A stretch of DNA of 17,759 nt from Candidatus Zixiibacteriota bacterium (GTDB lineage Bacteria; Zixibacteria; MSB-5A5; GN15; FEB-12), in assembly GCA_041742355.1 (NCBI GenBank), contig JBGSIV010000147.1:1-17759 (forward strand). Direction: 5' to 3'. Within the stretch, counting starts at the first letter, position 1. Every line of letters starts with the position of its first letter. The position numbers and the translations under genes are program-made. A model generated the notes under the pieces. The model saw only the letters and a list, made by a program, of their open reading frames with translations. It did no database searches and was not told where the DNA came from. Shown here piece by piece: positions 16,144-17,759 of this stretch.

Positions 16144-16362
16144 TCACCCGAAATGTTTCCAGGCAAGAATGACCAGGACGAGCATGAACACAACGCCGGC
16201 AATGAAGCCGTTGCGGAACGTGTTGAGCCGGGAAAAGAAGCCGGGCTCTTCTTTCTCCAGAGCCTTCAACTCGGAGTGGCAGTGTTTGCACTTGATCGCC
16301 CCTTCGAGGATCTGCTCCTTACAAAAAGGGCACTTGGTCAGAGGTTTTGTCGCCAGCGCCAT
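16144..16362 (-). CDS. Small zinc-ribbon protein with C-terminal TM helix (72 aa)
   Basis: KCPFCKEQILEGAIKCKHCHSEL (CxxC-x10-CxxC zinc ribbon) and hydrophobic tail GFIAGVVFMLVLVILAW. ATG at 16362; alternative GTG start at 16377. Confidence 0.82.
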   Translation of the reverse strand: MALATKPLTKCPFCKEQILEGAIKCKHCHSELKALEKEEPGFFSRLNTFRNGFIAGVVFMLVLVILAWKHFG

Positions 16363-16386
16363 GGGGACAAAACACAATCCGGCGAA

Positions 16387-16412
16387 GGCGGGCGCAAGTT
16401 AAAACACCCGCC
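16387..16412 (-). terminator. Possible hairpin downstream of the DUF3467 gene
   Basis: GGCGGG...CCCGCC stem extended by G-U pairs on the minus strand, 30 nt after the stop; weak U-tail. Confidence 0.3.
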
Positions 16413-16441
16413 GCGCGTCTCTGCCAATCGCGAGGGGCGGC

Positions 16442-16774
16442 CTATTCCGCCTGGTCGGTGAACCGGGTGTTGGACTCGAAGCCGATAGGTTTGGAGCTGC
16501 CCGCCGGGCCGCCATGGATTTTGATCTCCCCGAACTGGCTCTCGAACTTCTTGAGGTTTTCGGTGAGAGCCTGGTGCAGCAGTTTGGCGTGCATCGGGGT
16601 CATGATGATGCGGGACAGCACGCGGGCCTTGGGGAGGCGGGGCATGACGCGGGCGAAGTCGATGATGATCTCGGTGGGGGAGTGCATGATCATGGCCAGA
16701 TTGGCGTAAATCCCCTCGGCCGCCTTTTCATCGAGTTCCACGTTAATCTGTTGCTGCGGTGTATTTTGCTGCAT
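16442..16774 (-). CDS. DUF3467 domain-containing protein
   Basis: INVELDEKAAEGIYANLAMIMHSPTEIIIDF...ARVLSRIIMTPMHAKLLHQALTENLKKFESQFGEI matches my recollection of the DUF3467 family pattern; AAGGAG RBS. Confidence 0.88.
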   Translation of the reverse strand: MQQNTPQQQINVELDEKAAEGIYANLAMIMHSPTEIIIDFARVMPRLPKARVLSRIIMTPMHAKLLHQALTENLKKFESQFGEIKIHGGPAGSSKPIGFESNTRFTDQAE

Positions 16775-16807
16775 TCTTCGATCTCCTTTTCGGGCCTGTC
16801 AAAGTGC

Positions 16808-16851
16808 TTGTGGTCGCAGACCCATGGTAATATATTCCCCTCTTAAGTCAA
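16808..16851. promoter_or_regulatory. Overlapping divergent sigma70-type promoters (DUF3467 on minus, rfaE1 on plus)
   Basis: Minus: TTGACT-N16-TACCAT (16851-16824). Plus: TTGTGG-N17-TATATT (16808-16836), or extended -10 TGgTAATAT. Confidence 0.45.
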
Positions 16852-16914
16852 ACACATTACGTGTACTGTGAAGTGCCTCCGGGCCGGAGGCGGGTCAAAA
16901 ACAGGAGACGGTGC

Positions 16915-17759
16915 GTGCCGCTTACCGCTGACAGGATAGCCAATATAGTTGGGGGATTGGGCCGGGCGAAGATTCTCATTCTCGGCGATATCATGCTCGA
17001 CGAATACCTGATCGGGCGGGTCGACCGAATTTCACCGGAGGCGCCGGTGCCGGTGGTCGAGATTGTCACGGACAAACTGCTCCTGGGCGGCTCGGCCAAC
17101 GTCGCGGCCAACATCCGGGCGCTCGGCGATGAGCCGCTGCTGCTCGGCGTGGTCGGCGAAGACGAGGCCTCGGTCAAGCTGTCGCTTCTCTTGAAGCAGC
17201 ACGGGATCTCGGACCGCTTCTGTGTTATGGACAAGACGCGGCAGACGACGATCAAGACACGGATTATCGCCCACAGCCAGCAGGTGGTGCGCGCCGACCG
17301 GGAAAACCGTCACGAGCTCGGCCCCGAGGTCGAGGAATGCGTGATGCGCAAATTCGAGGCGGTCGCCGACGAGATCGACGCGGTCATTATCTCCGACTAC
17401 GGCAAAGGCGTGATCACCCTGTCCCTGTTGCAGCGGGTGATGGCGATCTGCCGGCAGCGGGATATCTTTGTCGCGGTCGACCCCAAAGAGACGCACTTCC
17501 ACAACTACAAGCATGTGTCGGTGATTACGCCGAACCACCACGAGGCGGGATTTGCGGCGGGCCGACGGATACAGAGCGAGGCGGACCTGCTCGAGGTCGG
17601 GCGGAGCCTGCTTGAGGAACTCCAGGCGCGGTCGATCCTGATCACGCGCGGGCCGGACGGCATGTCGCTCTTCCAGCGCGATGCCGAGCCGACGCACATT
17701 CCTACTTTTGCGCGCAAGGTGTTCGATGTCACGGGCGCGGGCGACACGGTGATCGCGAC
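16915..17759 (+). CDS. rfaE1: D-glycero-beta-D-manno-heptose-7-phosphate kinase (RfaE domain I, PfkB family); 3' truncated and absent from the ORF track
   Basis: Read manually: AGGAG RBS at 16903-16907, GTG at 16915, then KILILGDIMLDEYLIGRVDRISPEAPVPVV, LGGSANVAANI, TTIKTRII, ISDYGKG, VDPK, ITPNHHEA, ITRGPDGM and VFDVTGAGDTVIA at the window end. Confidence 0.95.
   Translation, partial: MPLTADRIANIVGGLGRAKILILGDIMLDEYLIGRVDRISPEAPVPVVEIVTDKLLLGGSANVAANIRALGDEPLLLGVVGEDEASVKLSLLLKQHGISDRFCVMDKTRQTTIKTRIIAHSQQVVRADRENRHELGPEVEECVMRKFEAVADEIDAVIISDYGKGVITLSLLQRVMAICRQRDIFVAVDPKETHFHNYKHVSVITPNHHEAGFAAGRRIQSEADLLEVGRSLLEELQARSILITRGPDGMSLFQRDAEPTHIPTFARKVFDVTGAGDTVIA

Noticed and set aside
16032..16202. 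Longer 193-aa version of the response regulator
   Set aside because: It overlaps the zinc-ribbon gene and the promoter motif. The RBS-supported ATG at 16031 directly precedes the receiver fold.
1..17759. Prophage, transposon, defence island or tRNA/rRNA
   Set aside because: No integrase, transposase, nuclease or RNA-gene signature. Composition looks uniform by eye, and gene content is core metabolism and signalling.

Overview
GC-rich bacterial chromosomal window with 15 credible CDSs, two of them truncated at the window edges. I see no RNA genes, CRISPR array or mobile element. The Cys-flanked C-terminal dockerin-like domain at the left edge resembles the repeated domain of candidate division Zixibacteria (FCB group), so that lineage is the likely source (inference). 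Gene order: [FN3-like + dockerin protein, 3' end] > < PTS EIIA | lipoprotein of unknown function > < NapH/YccM-like membrane 4Fe-4S protein < serpin lipoprotein | aspS > phoH > PgpH-like 7TM-HD > ybeY > CorC/HlyC > < 5-PAS histidine kinase with a degenerate receiver < single-domain receiver < zinc-ribbon membrane protein < DUF3467 | rfaE1 (heptose-7-P kinase, partial) >. Most of this is housekeeping. Points worth a second look: (1) a recurring sigma28/FliA-like promoter motif (TAAA-N16-GCCGATAA type) upstream of the kinase and the receiver, and possibly of aspS and the EIIA gene; (2) an AspRS whose normally conserved HHPFT loop and GGGSIRIH segment are replaced; (3) a lipoprotein serpin with a possible Asp P1 residue; (4) the Cys-bracketed dockerin tail; (5) an atypical kinase. 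I found no clear-cut novel multi-gene system.
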